Shown here: positions 21,156 to 31,385 of the stretch, one piece after another
Numbering within the stretch: position 1 is the first letter of the stretch
Layout: each line of letters begins with the position of its first letter
Assembly: GCA_965218795.1 (NCBI GenBank)
Contig: OZ244653.1
Coordinates: 896,001-960,000, forward strand
Source: a bacterium
Lineage (GTDB): Bacteria; UBA8248; JACPRG01; G963555815
Reading direction: 5' to 3'
DNA length: 64,000 nt
Made by a program: the position numbers and the translations under genes
The notes under the pieces: model-generated
Databases searched by the model: none
Told to the model about the DNA's origin: nothing
Seen by the model: only the letters and a program-made list of their open reading frames with translations

Positions 21156-21661
21156 GAGGTACCCGTCTCCCCGGATTCGCCAGCGCCCTCCCGGGTCATG
21201 CGCGCCCCGGCCAGAACGGCGCGCACGATGTTGATGTAACCCGTGCACATGCAGAGATTTCCGGCGAGGGCTTCCCGGACTTCCGATTCGTCGGGGTCGG
21301 GGTTTCGCTCGATGAGCTCGCTGGCCGTCATCAGCATTCCCGGCGTGCAAAACCCGCATTGCAGCGCGTGATTTTCATGAAACGCCTGCTGGAGGGGATG
21401 CCATTCCCCGTCGCGGGCAAGTCCCTCGACCGTCGAGACCTCGCATCCGTCGACCTGTACGGCGAACGTCAGGCAAGACCTGGCCGTCGCACCGTCGATC
21501 AACACGGTGCAGGCCCCGCACACGCCGTGCTCGCAGCCCAGGTGGGTTCCCGTCAGCCCCAGGTTCTCGCGCAAAAAATCGGCCAGCGTCCGCCGAGGCT
21601 CGACCGTCCCGCCGACCTCTGCGCCGTTGACCTTCAGCCGGATTTCGCGCCGATGAATCAT
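21152..21661 (-). CDS. 2Fe-2S small subunit (CoxS/HmfC family)
   Basis: GCEHGVCGAC, QCGFCTPG, NLCMCTGY. Confidence 0.95.
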   Translation of the reverse strand: MIHRREIRLKVNGAEVGGTVEPRRTLADFLRENLGLTGTHLGCEHGVCGACTVLIDGATARSCLTFAVQVDGCEVSTVEGLARDGEWHPLQQAFHENHALQCGFCTPGMLMTASELIERNPDPDESEVREALAGNLCMCTGYINIVRAVLAGARMTREGAGESGETGTS

Positions 21662-22518
21662 GGGATTCTCTGGTGGGCCGCCGTCAGGCCCCGCTCGACG
21701 AGAACCCCGGTCAGGTGTTTCCGGAAATCGGCGGTCGCGTGAACGTCCGAGGGCGGACGGACCGATTCTGCCGCAATCCGTCCGGCTTCCCGGAAGCAGC
21801 CCGGGTTCGGCGGGTTTCCGCGAAGCGATTCTTCCGCCTCGGTCAGGGGAACGGGCGAAGATCCGATACCACCGGCCACCAACCGCGCTTCGGCGCAGAC
21901 GCCGCATTCATCCATCCGCAGCCCAGCCGCCACGCACACCACGGCGAAATCGCCGAACCGCCGGCTCATCTCCTGAAAGGACCATCCCCATCCCGCATCC
22001 GGCAAAGGAATGACGACCTCGGTCAGCATCTCCAGTGGTGACAGGGCGGTCTCGAAATAATCGGTAAAAAAAGCGGCGGCCGGGATCTCGCGCGTGCCGC
22101 CGGGACCGGCCGCAAAAAGCGTCGATCGGAGCGCTACGGCGATCACGGGAAGCTCGGCGGCCGGGTCGGCGTGGCTCAGGCTCCCGCCGACGGTTCCCCG
22201 GTTCCGTATGGCCGGGTGACCGATCAGTGGAACGGCCTCGGTCAGGAGGGAAACTTCCTTTACCGCCGGGTCATCCTCCAACGCGCGGTGGCGCGTCAGG
22301 GCGCCGATACGCAACTGTCCGTTCCTTTGGATGTAACGCAGCGACCGGACGGGATTCACATCGATCAGGCAGGCTGGCCTGGCCAGACGGAAACTCAGCA
22401 ACGGGACCAGGCTTTGGCCTCCGGCGAGAATCCTGGCCTCGTCGCCAAATTCGCCCAGGTGGGCCAGGGCTTCCTCGACGGTCGAGGCGCGGCGGTACTC
22501 GAAGGGGGCGGGTTTCAT
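21658..22518 (-). CDS. FAD-binding medium subunit (CoxM/HmfB family)
   Basis: MKPAPFEY, AGGQSL, IRNRGTVGGS, DPAAE, GDFA. Confidence 0.95.
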   Translation of the reverse strand: MKPAPFEYRRASTVEEALAHLGEFGDEARILAGGQSLVPLLSFRLARPACLIDVNPVRSLRYIQRNGQLRIGALTRHRALEDDPAVKEVSLLTEAVPLIGHPAIRNRGTVGGSLSHADPAAELPVIAVALRSTLFAAGPGGTREIPAAAFFTDYFETALSPLEMLTEVVIPLPDAGWGWSFQEMSRRFGDFAVVCVAAGLRMDECGVCAEARLVAGGIGSSPVPLTEAEESLRGNPPNPGCFREAGRIAAESVRPPSDVHATADFRKHLTGVLVERGLTAAHQRIP

Positions 22519-22519
22519 C

Positions 22520-23509
22520 CTACAATCGGAAGATGTGCGTGGGGTTGCTCTCGAGGATCATGCGTTGATCTTTTTCTTGAAGCTCGATCCTTTCAACCGT
22601 ATGCACCGGATCGGGATCTTCTATGGGAAACGGGTAATCGGTTCCCATGAGGACGCGCTCCACGCCCACGATGTTCAACAGATGCTTGATGTTCCCGGTG
22701 TGGTACAGGAGGGTGTCGTAGTAGAACCACGACAGGTAACGAATCGGCGTTTTCCTGATTCCGTCTCCCATGAGCTGCGGATATCGCTCGTATCCCCACT
22801 GGAGACGACCGATGAGGTACGGCAGACATCCGCCCCCGTGGACCAGGACCATCCGGATGGACGCGTGGCGGTCCGCTACGCCCCCGAAGATCAGGCTTGC
22901 GGCCGCCAGGGTGGTATCCAGCGGGTTGCCGACCAGGTTGTTCAGGAAGAAGGAGGTCATCCGATCGTGCCCCGCAACGTTGTACGGATGGATAACGACG
23001 ACGGCCCCCAATTCCCCGGCCCGCTGCCAGAATGGCTCGAACTCAGGATTGTCCAGGGTCCTTCCGTCCACGTTGGAGGCGATGGCCGCCCCCCGCATCC
23101 CGAGATTCTCAACGGCATGGGTCAACTCATCCGCGGCGCGCGGGCCCGAGACCAGCGGAACCGTGGCAAGACCCTCGACATAATCCAGGCCCGCGATGTC
23201 CGCCATCATGGTCTCATTCTGAAGTCTGCACCACGCGGCGCACTGTTCGACGGGCAATGAATACCCCACCACATCGAGCCAGGTGTAGACAATCTGGAGG
23301 TCCACCCCCTGGGCTTTCATGATGGTCTTCCTTTCTTCGAGCTCCCGGAGCCTGGGCCTGAGAGGCCGCGTCAACGGACCGTCCCCGAACCCAAGGCGTG
23401 GATTTCCCTCCTCGTCCTCTTCCACCCGGATTCCGTACCGGGTGCGATTTTTTTTGATTTCGTCAATCGCGTCCGGAGCAATGTAGTGACCGTGCGTGTC
23501 GATGTTCAT
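22520..23509 (-). CDS. Amidohydrolase_2 family, ACMSD-like decarboxylase/hydratase
   Basis: IDTHGH, IHP, NLVGNPLDTT, HGGG..PY..GR, MGTDYPF. Confidence 0.88.
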   Translation of the reverse strand: MNIDTHGHYIAPDAIDEIKKNRTRYGIRVEEDEEGNPRLGFGDGPLTRPLRPRLRELEERKTIMKAQGVDLQIVYTWLDVVGYSLPVEQCAAWCRLQNETMMADIAGLDYVEGLATVPLVSGPRAADELTHAVENLGMRGAAIASNVDGRTLDNPEFEPFWQRAGELGAVVVIHPYNVAGHDRMTSFFLNNLVGNPLDTTLAAASLIFGGVADRHASIRMVLVHGGGCLPYLIGRLQWGYERYPQLMGDGIRKTPIRYLSWFYYDTLLYHTGNIKHLLNIVGVERVLMGTDYPFPIEDPDPVHTVERIELQEKDQRMILESNPTHIFRL

Positions 23510-23690
23510 GGCTGTCCTGTTCCGCCGGGAGGCCCCTGCGGCCTCTCTGACAATTGGATGATCGAGGCGTTATGATACTCGTTTTCCGGGCGATTGACAC
23601 GCCGGCCGGGAACTCCCAGCAGATCCCGCGTTTCCGGCCTTCCCATGATACGGTGACGGATGAGCCGGCTCGAATCGGCTCCGATCTTTG

Positions 23691-24587
23691 ATGGATGTAC
23701 TGCTGCTTGCCCAAATATATGCTCTGCTCACCGCCCTTGGTTTTGCGACCAGCGACGTGGCCGCACGTTACGGGCTCCGGTCATCCACGCCCATCTCCGG
23801 CATGCTCATGATGGTCGTCATGACCCTTCTCATGTACGGACCCAATGCCGTCGCGGGTTTCCGCATGCGGGAGACCGATTACGTCGGACTCGCCATTTTT
23901 TTTCTCGCCGGCGTCGGCGCCCCCGGTCTCGGTCCGACTTTCCACTACATGAGCTTTCAGCGAATCGGAATGGCCCGGACGATCAGCATCGTCGGATCCA
24001 CCCCCTTGCTGACGGTCTTCATCGCCGTTCTCGCCCTGGACGAGAGGCCAACCACGCTGACTTATATCGGGACCGTTTCCATTGTGGCCGGCGTGATCAG
24101 CCTGGCGAACGAGCAGCGGTCGGCGACCCGTCAAGAAGCGGCCGCCAAGCCCGTATGGACCTATTTCATATTCGCCGTGGGCTCCCTCCTGGGCTTCTCG
24201 GCCGCTACCGCCCTGCGGAAGTTCGCAATTCAGATGGTTCCGAATTTGAGCCTTGCGCTGACCGTCTCCGGGCTCGGCGCCCTTCTGGTCATCATCTGCT
24301 GGTACCCATTCCTCCCGCCTTCCGACCGATTCAGGTTCAATCACCGAACTTTCTGGATCTTTGTAGTCAGCGGCGGATTGGCGGCGTTGGGGCACCTCGC
24401 ATTGTTCGCGGCCCTCCAACACGGCCCCCTGTCCAGCGTCGCCCCCCTGGTTTACACGACCCCCCTGTTTGCCGTGGCATTCTCCTGGATATTTTTTCCC
24501 GAACTTGAAAAATTGAATTTTCGTGTCCTGACCGGGGCCGCTCTGATTTGTGCGGGAGCAATCCTCGTAACGGTTTCCCGAGGTTGA
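23691..24587 (+). CDS. DMT/EamA family transporter
   Basis: About ten TM helices in two EamA repeats. Confidence 0.88.
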   Translation: MDVLLLAQIYALLTALGFATSDVAARYGLRSSTPISGMLMMVVMTLLMYGPNAVAGFRMRETDYVGLAIFFLAGVGAPGLGPTFHYMSFQRIGMARTISIVGSTPLLTVFIAVLALDERPTTLTYIGTVSIVAGVISLANEQRSATRQEAAAKPVWTYFIFAVGSLLGFSAATALRKFAIQMVPNLSLALTVSGLGALLVIICWYPFLPPSDRFRFNHRTFWIFVVSGGLAALGHLALFAALQHGPLSSVAPLVYTTPLFAVAFSWIFFPELEKLNFRVLTGAALICAGAILVTVSRG

Positions 24588-24709
24588 TTTTTGAAGGGTA
24601 ATCCTCGCCCATTTCTGCTATCTTGCCTGGAGCGCGGAACCGGCCGCGGCCCCGGCCGTCCGAAGGACCAAGGACGATGGACGCACCCGGCTGACGAAGA
24701 GAACGCACA

Positions 24710-25750
24710 ATGCAATTCGCCCTCAGCTACTACAGCCTGCTGGACCTCTCCCTCGAAGAAATCATCGAGACAATTCAATACGGCGAAAAATCGGGCGTTC
24801 AATACGCCCTTCTGGGACAGTCCGCGGTCCGGGATTGTTTCATCGGCCTTTCCCAGATAGCGAGTGCGACAGAGACCATCCGACTGGGGACCAATATCGT
24901 CCCCATCTACACGCGGACCCCGACGGACCTGGCCATGTCCGTCATTACCCTGAACGAGGCCACGGGGGGAAGGTTCAGATTCCTGGGGATTGGGGCGGGC
25001 GGGCGCCTGAAGATCGAGCCCAACCACGGCGTCAAGGTGAACAAGACGGCGGACCGAACCAAGGAATACATCGAAATCATACGGGGCGTCCTCACTGGTC
25101 AACGCCTGAGCTATCAGGGAGCTTTTTTCCAGCTGGATAACGCATGGATTCCCCAAACGCACGGAGTCGGGGCCACGGCCAGCGATTTCGCGCAGGAGGA
25201 GTACGTGCCCATCTACGTCGGCGCGACCGGACCTCTGGTGTTACGGGTCGCCGGGGCCTACGCCGACGGGGTCATTTTCAATTCCCTCTCGACCCCGGAG
25301 TATATCGAGTGGGCCAAGGGGGTGATTCGTGACGGGGCGGCGGAAGCCGGACGGGCTCCCGAGGAAGTCGCCCTCGCGTGCAGTATGGTGACGGCCGCCC
25401 ACCCGGACCCCGAACAGGTGAGGGAAGCCGTGCGGCGGGCGTGCCTGTATTATCTAAGGGAGGATCACCACCGGTTCACGATGGAGAAAGCCGGAATGGG
25501 CGGCCTCCATGCCAGGATCCGGGAGACCTATTTGAAGGGGGATGTCGACGGCGCCCTTGATTTGATCGACGGGGAGGTTCTCGACAGAATTGCGTTCACC
25601 GGGACCCCCGAGAAAGTCAGACAGAAATACCGGGAGTACAAGAAACTGGGAATCGGCCTGGCCGTCATTCGGAACGTCATCGACAGGGAAACGGGGAACC
25701 GTCCGGTAATGGATAATATCGACGCCCTCACCCCCCTGATGAATTCCTAG
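24710..25750 (+). CDS. LLM-class (Mer-like) flavin/F420-dependent oxidoreductase
   Basis: IRLGTNIVPIYTRTP, IYVGATGP..LRVAGAYADG, GTPE. Confidence 0.87.
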   Translation: MQFALSYYSLLDLSLEEIIETIQYGEKSGVQYALLGQSAVRDCFIGLSQIASATETIRLGTNIVPIYTRTPTDLAMSVITLNEATGGRFRFLGIGAGGRLKIEPNHGVKVNKTADRTKEYIEIIRGVLTGQRLSYQGAFFQLDNAWIPQTHGVGATASDFAQEEYVPIYVGATGPLVLRVAGAYADGVIFNSLSTPEYIEWAKGVIRDGAAEAGRAPEEVALACSMVTAAHPDPEQVREAVRRACLYYLREDHHRFTMEKAGMGGLHARIRETYLKGDVDGALDLIDGEVLDRIAFTGTPEKVRQKYREYKKLGIGLAVIRNVIDRETGNRPVMDNIDALTPLMNS

Positions 25751-25809
25751 ACCATCTCCACCGGCTGGTCTTGCGAGAAGACCCGCACCCTCCAAGAGGG
25801 AGTCACATC

Positions 25810-28422
25810 ATGGTCACCTCAAAGTCCATGGAAGCGCCGGCGGCCGCAAAAGAGCTCGACGAGGCGTGGGTCCGCTCGACCTGTATCATTTGTCTCAACC
25901 GGTGCGGCATCCTGGTCCACCGCAACGGGGAGGGCTACGTCGATCAGATCGTGGGCGACCCCGACAACCCGCACAACCGGGGCAAGACCTGCGCGAAGGG
26001 GAATTCGGGGATGGAGGGAATCGCGCCCGAGGTGCGTCTGACCACCCCCCTTCGGCGGACCAACCCGGAAAAGGGCCTCGGCGTCGATCCCAAGTTCGAG
26101 CCCGTCTCGTGGGACGAGGCGCTCGACGAGATCGCCCTCCGCATCAAAGGGGTCCGCGACGACGACCCCCTCCGCTTTCTCTTGTGCACCTTCGACGCCT
26201 ATCACATCCGGGGGTCCATGCTCCCCGCCTTCGTCACCGCAGTCGGCGCGCCCGCGGTCAATACCTGGTCGGCCCAGATCTTCTGCGGGAACAATGTCCA
26301 CGGCATCCACTGGATGGCGCAGAACGCCTTCGAGGCGAACCCGGACGCCGCCTATACCGAATACATCCTCCACTTCGGGTCCCAGTTCGGCTCTGTCATC
26401 CACTATGACACGATGAAAAGCACGCGGGAACTGGCCGGCCGACGGCCGGGCAGCCTCCGGCAGGTTGTTGTCGATCCCGTATGCGGGACCGCCGCCTCCC
26501 GGGCGGAGGAGTGGGTTCCCATCCGGCCCGGAACGGACGCCGCCCTGATCCTCGGCATGGTCAACCAGATGATCAACGTCAACGGGCACTACGACCGGCC
26601 CTTCCTCGGCCAATCCACGAACGCTCCCTATCTGGTCGGGGAGGACGAATTTTACGTCCGGGATCCGGAAACCGAAAAACCCCTGGTTTGGGACACCGCG
26701 GCGCAGGCCGCCCGGCCGTTTGACGCCGGTGTGACCGAGCCCGCCCTGGAGGGTCGATTCGAGACCCACGGCAAACCGGTCAAGACGGCCTTCCAGGCCC
26801 TCAAGGACCATGTCACGCGTTACACGCCGGAATTTGTCGAGGAGGTGACCACCGTCCCCGGAGAGACCGTGACCCGCCTCGCCCGTGAGTTCGGCGAGGC
26901 CGCCCGGATCGGCGAGACGATTGAAATCGACGGCGTCAAGCTCCCCTTCCGCCCCGCCACAGTGACGTGGTACCGGGGCCTTGCGGCCCACAAGCATTCG
27001 TTCCTGTCGGGCCTCGCGGTCAACCTCCTTCCCACCCTGATCGGCGGCTTTGACGTTCCGGGGGGACTTCTCGGGGATCCCTTCACCTCCAGGGGAAAGG
27101 CCACCGGGAAGGGGCCTTATGAATGCGGCGTCAGTCCGGACGGCCTCATCTCGCAAAGCACGGTGGGCGGCGGAGCCGTAGCCGGGGGCATCGTGAAGGG
27201 CTGTTATCCCCCCCGCAAGGCGCGCGCTCCGATGACGCCGGAAATGTTCGAGCTGATGCCGGTGGGTCCGTACGGCGCCGTCTTCTACCTGTTGACCTCC
27301 GAGAAGGAGGAGGTGTACAAACCGCCTCCTTTCCCGAAGATGCTCATCCAATGGCACAGCAACATGATGAAGACGTCGGGACCGCCGGACGTTGTCGCGC
27401 GGTTCCTCCAGCGCATCCCCTTCATCGTCTCCATTGCGCGCCGCCGGGAGGAGACCGTCGAGTTCGCCGATATCGTCCTGCCCGACCTTCATCACCTGGA
27501 GCGGCTGGTGCCTTTCGTTTACAACAACATCGGTTCCGGAGAAGGCTCCCACGCGACGTACGGGGCCAAGCCCGCCGTCCACCCGCCGTTCGAGCATCCG
27601 TTCGAAGGCGAATACGTGGATTTGATGCAAGTTTTTCTCGAAGTGGCGAAGCGCGCGGGATTTCTGAACGATTTCAACGAAGCCATCAACACCATCGCGG
27701 GGCTCAAGGGCGAAAACCGTCTGGACCTCGAAACCGAATATGCCTACGAAGAGATTGTCGACCGCCTGCTGAAGAATGAGCTGGGCCCGGAACACGATTT
27801 ACAGTGGTTTCTGGAAGATGGACTGTGGTCCGAAGAGAAAACGATTCGAGAAAAGTACCCCCGACCGTTCATGGAAGGGCGCTCTCCCGTTTATTTCGAG
27901 TTCATGAAGCACGCGGGAGAGGATCTGCGAAAGGTCACCCAGGAGCTGGGCATCCCCTGGGATACCGGGGATTATCAGGTTCTGCCCGACTGGAAACCCG
28001 GGCCTTCTTTTCACCGGGAGCCCCCCCACGACCTCATCGTCATCAACATGAAGGTCGCGAATCACGCCCTGTCCCATACCCACAGTAACCCGCTGCTTTT
28101 GTCCCTGTCCGCCCGCCACAACGACCTCCGCACGGTCTGGATCAACACCCGGACCGCCGCCGCGCGAGGCGTCGAGGACGGAGACCGCGTGACCATCGAG
28201 ACGTTCGAGGGCAGGGAGCAGACGGCTACGGCAAGAGTGACGGAACTGATCCATCCCGAGGTCCTGGCCACGCAAGGGTGCGGGGGCGGGTGGACGGATT
28301 CGACGACTCGAGAGGAAGTCAACTTCAACGCCCTTCTGGCGATCGACGAGGACCATATCGACTTCCTCAACGGTGCGCTCGACTCCACCGTCTCGGCTCG
28401 TATATTCAAAAAGAACCCGTAG
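25810..28422 (+). CDS. DMSO-reductase-family bis-MGD oxidoreductase catalytic subunit, cytoplasmic
   Basis: CX2CX3CX28C-x-K 4Fe-4S motif, RRTNPEKG..DP.F..VSWDEALD, PIRPGTDAAL, ETVEFADIVLPD, C-terminal molydop-binding domain; no Tat signal. Confidence 0.92.
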   Translation: MVTSKSMEAPAAAKELDEAWVRSTCIICLNRCGILVHRNGEGYVDQIVGDPDNPHNRGKTCAKGNSGMEGIAPEVRLTTPLRRTNPEKGLGVDPKFEPVSWDEALDEIALRIKGVRDDDPLRFLLCTFDAYHIRGSMLPAFVTAVGAPAVNTWSAQIFCGNNVHGIHWMAQNAFEANPDAAYTEYILHFGSQFGSVIHYDTMKSTRELAGRRPGSLRQVVVDPVCGTAASRAEEWVPIRPGTDAALILGMVNQMINVNGHYDRPFLGQSTNAPYLVGEDEFYVRDPETEKPLVWDTAAQAARPFDAGVTEPALEGRFETHGKPVKTAFQALKDHVTRYTPEFVEEVTTVPGETVTRLAREFGEAARIGETIEIDGVKLPFRPATVTWYRGLAAHKHSFLSGLAVNLLPTLIGGFDVPGGLLGDPFTSRGKATGKGPYECGVSPDGLISQSTVGGGAVAGGIVKGCYPPRKARAPMTPEMFELMPVGPYGAVFYLLTSEKEEVYKPPPFPKMLIQWHSNMMKTSGPPDVVARFLQRIPFIVSIARRREETVEFADIVLPDLHHLERLVPFVYNNIGSGEGSHATYGAKPAVHPPFEHPFEGEYVDLMQVFLEVAKRAGFLNDFNEAINTIAGLKGENRLDLETEYAYEEIVDRLLKNELGPEHDLQWFLEDGLWSEEKTIREKYPRPFMEGRSPVYFEFMKHAGEDLRKVTQELGIPWDTGDYQVLPDWKPGPSFHREPPHDLIVINMKVANHALSHTHSNPLLLSLSARHNDLRTVWINTRTAAARGVEDGDRVTIETFEGREQTATARVTELIHPEVLATQGCGGGWTDSTTREEVNFNALLAIDEDHIDFLNGALDSTVSARIFKKNP

Positions 28423-28557
28423 GGTCAACGATTGGTTCCGTAATCCACATCCGACGCTCACACCCGAAAGGCGAATGGGGTCACTGAGCGTTTTACCGCC
28501 GGATTCCGTCCGAATCATGAAAGAACGTTCGGGCTCCGGCCGACCGGAGCAAATGCC

Positions 28558-29997
28558 ATGAAAACACTCATCCGCGGCGGATATGTCGTGGCCTTCGACG
28601 GCGAGACACACCGGGTCCACCGGGATGGGACAGTCGTGTTCGAGGGTGACCGGGTTCTCCACGCCGGCGGAGGCTATGAGGGGGAAGTCGACCGCATCAT
28701 CGAGGCCCGGGGAAAGCTAATCAGTCCGGGTCTCATCTGCACGCACTTTCACGCCAACGGAGAAGCCGGAGGCCGAATCATATCGGACGTCGGGCGTCCG
28801 GATTACTTCCAGGCCGGCTTCCTCAATTATTCGGCGCCCCCCCCTGGCCGGAAGGGAATCCGGTCGATGGAAAAGCCCGAGGTGGGCGGGAAATCAGCCA
28901 TCGTGGAGCTCCTGAAGAGCGGTTGCACGACCGCCGTGGAACTGGGCGGAGAGCCCCACTACGAAGACCTGACCCATGTGATCGGAGATCTCGGCATCCG
29001 GGCCTATGTGGGACCCAGCTTCCAGTCCTGTTATTACCGGACGGGCGATCGGGGGCAACTGACCTATGAATGGGACGAGAAAGGTGGAGAGGAGGGCCTC
29101 GAACGGGCGATTGAATTTGGAAGGAAGTTTGACGGCGTCTACGAAGGGCGAATTCGTGGGATATTGAACCCCGCTCAGGTGGATACGTGCACCCCCGAGC
29201 TATTGGGTCAAACCCGGGACGCCGCCGCTGAATTGGGGTGCCCCGTCCAAACCCATACCGCCCAGAATCTGATGGAGTTTCACGAGATCCTTCGGCGCAC
29301 CCGCCTGACGCCCGTGGAGTTTCTCGCAGATGTGGGTATTCTGGGTGAGGCCACCCTTTTGGGGCATTGCATCATCACCAGCGCACACACCTTATCGGCC
29401 TTTCCGGGCGGAAGAGACCTGGAAATCATCTCGGGATCCGGAAGCAGCGTGGCGCATTGTCCGCTGGTGTTCGCGCGGCGGGGGATCGGACTGGAAAGCT
29501 TTAACACCTATCTCAAGGCGGGCATCAACGTAACCATCGGGACGGACACCTATCCCCGAGACATGATCAGCGAGATGCGCTGGGTATCCCTGATCGGAAA
29601 GATCATGGACCACGACTACAGGTCGGCCTCGGCCCGGGACGTATTCAACGCGGCCACGCTGGGCGGCGCCCGGGCGCTCAACCGCGGGGACCTGGGCCGT
29701 CTGGCTCCCGGCGCAAAGGCCGACATCACCATCGTGGACATGACTAATTTCCGGATTGGGCCCATCCTGGATCCCATTCGCGCGCTGGTCAATTGCGCAT
29801 CCTCGGCGGACGTGGAAACCGTCATCGTCGACGGCCGCACCGTTGTCGAAGAGGGCCGGGTCGTAGGCGTCGATGAATCGGCGCTCCTGGCCGAGGTCCA
29901 GTCACAGGCCGAACGACAATGGGCGTCGGTTCCCGATTTTCATTGGCAGGGTCTTTCACCGGAAGAATACTCGCCCCCCTCCTTCCCATGGGGATGA
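28558..29997 (+). CDS. TRZ/ATZ-type amidohydrolase (deaminase/chlorohydrolase family)
   Basis: PGLICTHFH, QTHTAQ, LGHC, IGTD, ATLGGARAL, GAKAD. Confidence 0.88.
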   Translation: MKTLIRGGYVVAFDGETHRVHRDGTVVFEGDRVLHAGGGYEGEVDRIIEARGKLISPGLICTHFHANGEAGGRIISDVGRPDYFQAGFLNYSAPPPGRKGIRSMEKPEVGGKSAIVELLKSGCTTAVELGGEPHYEDLTHVIGDLGIRAYVGPSFQSCYYRTGDRGQLTYEWDEKGGEEGLERAIEFGRKFDGVYEGRIRGILNPAQVDTCTPELLGQTRDAAAELGCPVQTHTAQNLMEFHEILRRTRLTPVEFLADVGILGEATLLGHCIITSAHTLSAFPGGRDLEIISGSGSSVAHCPLVFARRGIGLESFNTYLKAGINVTIGTDTYPRDMISEMRWVSLIGKIMDHDYRSASARDVFNAATLGGARALNRGDLGRLAPGAKADITIVDMTNFRIGPILDPIRALVNCASSADVETVIVDGRTVVEEGRVVGVDESALLAEVQSQAERQWASVPDFHWQGLSPEEYSPPSFPWG

Positions 29998-30064
29998 ATG
30001 GACGAAGGGAGTCGGCAGCAAAGCGGAGGGACGATTTCCTTCTGAATGCCCGAGGAGGTCTGGT

Positions 30065-30364
30065 TTGAGTGCCGTTGAAATACGGGTATCTTATTTGGGT
30101 CCGCTCCGCCGGCAGATGAACTGTCGGGAAGAAACCCTTTCACTGGAACCGCCCGTCACCGTGCGGTCTGTTTTGAACCATCTGATTCAGCGCCACGGCG
30201 AACACCTCAAGGATGTGTTTTTCAATGCGCAGGGGTGGCTGGACCCCCGGGTGATGTTTTTGATTGACGGAGGGCGTCCTCATGCCAAGCAAGGCCTCGA
30301 GATGGAGCTCTCCGGGAGAGAGGAAATCCAAATTTTTCTGGGCCTTCCCATGGCGGGAGGCTGA
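30065..30364 (+). CDS. MoaD/ThiS ubiquitin-like sulfur carrier
   Basis: About 99 aa beta-grasp pattern, C-terminal AGG-stop; GAGGAGG RBS before TTG 30065. Confidence 0.85.
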   Translation: MSAVEIRVSYLGPLRRQMNCREETLSLEPPVTVRSVLNHLIQRHGEHLKDVFFNAQGWLDPRVMFLIDGGRPHAKQGLEMELSGREEIQIFLGLPMAGG

Positions 30365-30448
30365 TGCCGCTCTGAATCATCTTTCGAAGCCGAATTCCGG
30401 CGACCCGGCCCTCGGCCCCTGTCGCGGAGCTCGAAGTCATACCACTCT

Positions 30449-31333
30449 ATGATACTGACCGCTCAGCTGTTCGCCTTACTGACATCTCTGACTTTCTCCA
30501 CCAGCGATACCGTCACCCGCTACGGAATTCGCACCTCGACGCCCATCACCGCTATTCTCACGTGGGCCTTCGTGACCATCCTTCTTTATGGTCCGGCCGG
30601 CGCATTGTCCTTCGGAGAATATGCCAACCCGCGCGGATTGTTCTTTCTGGTCTGCGCGGGCGTCACATCGCCTGGTTTGGCGGGAATTTTCTTCTATCAG
30701 AGCATGCAGCAAATCGGGTTGTCCCGCACAAGCTGCTTCACGGCCTCTTCTCCCCTGGTCATGGTCCTGTTGGCCGTCCTGATTCTCGGCGAACGTCCCC
30801 GGCCTCTGATTTACGTCGGCACCCTTCTGGTCGTGGTCGGGATGATGGTATTGGCCCTGGAGCGCCGTCAGTCCGCAGGAGGCGACGCCGATCAGCCTTT
30901 CTGGAAACATTACGGCCTGGCGGCCCTGGCCACGCTGATGTTCGGAGCGTCGGCATTGCTCCGCAAGACCGGTATCACGCTGGTTCCCAGCATGAGCGTC
31001 GCGCTTTCCGCGACCGCCGTAGGGATGTTCCTGGCGATCCTTCTCGCGAACCCTCTCATCTCCGCGGACAACCGGATTCGATGGACCCGACAGAGCGTCG
31101 GATATTTCGCGGCCAGCGGGGTGCTCAACACGGTGGCCCATTTCTGCCTTTTCGCCGCGCTCAGTCGGGCGCCGGTTTCGCTCGTCGTCCCTTTGGCTTA
31201 CGTCACCCCGCTTTTCGCCATGGGATATTCCTGGCTTCTGTTTCGCGAAATGGAACGATTGAACTTCAGGCTGCTGATCGGAGCCGTTCTCATCATTGCC
31301 GGGGCCGTGATCGTGACGATATCCCAAGTTTGA
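30449..31333 (+). CDS. DMT/EamA family transporter
   Basis: Ten-TM pattern; paralog of 23691..24587. Confidence 0.88.
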   Translation: MILTAQLFALLTSLTFSTSDTVTRYGIRTSTPITAILTWAFVTILLYGPAGALSFGEYANPRGLFFLVCAGVTSPGLAGIFFYQSMQQIGLSRTSCFTASSPLVMVLLAVLILGERPRPLIYVGTLLVVVGMMVLALERRQSAGGDADQPFWKHYGLAALATLMFGASALLRKTGITLVPSMSVALSATAVGMFLAILLANPLISADNRIRWTRQSVGYFAASGVLNTVAHFCLFAALSRAPVSLVVPLAYVTPLFAMGYSWLLFREMERLNFRLLIGAVLIIAGAVIVTISQV

Positions 31334-31385
31334 GCCTGCGTCCGACACCCGACTCCGCGGCTCGCCGTTCGGTGAGGATCAGGGA

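Noticed and set aside
18765-22518. Aerobic CO dehydrogenase call for either L/M/S set
   Set aside because: Active-site loops are ANRGIGK and PNRGYGC, not AYxCSFR or AYxGAGR, and there are no cox accessory genes.
25810-28422. Respiratory arsenate reductase ArrA
   Set aside because: No Tat signal, no arrB and no ars genes; only subfamily-level similarity.
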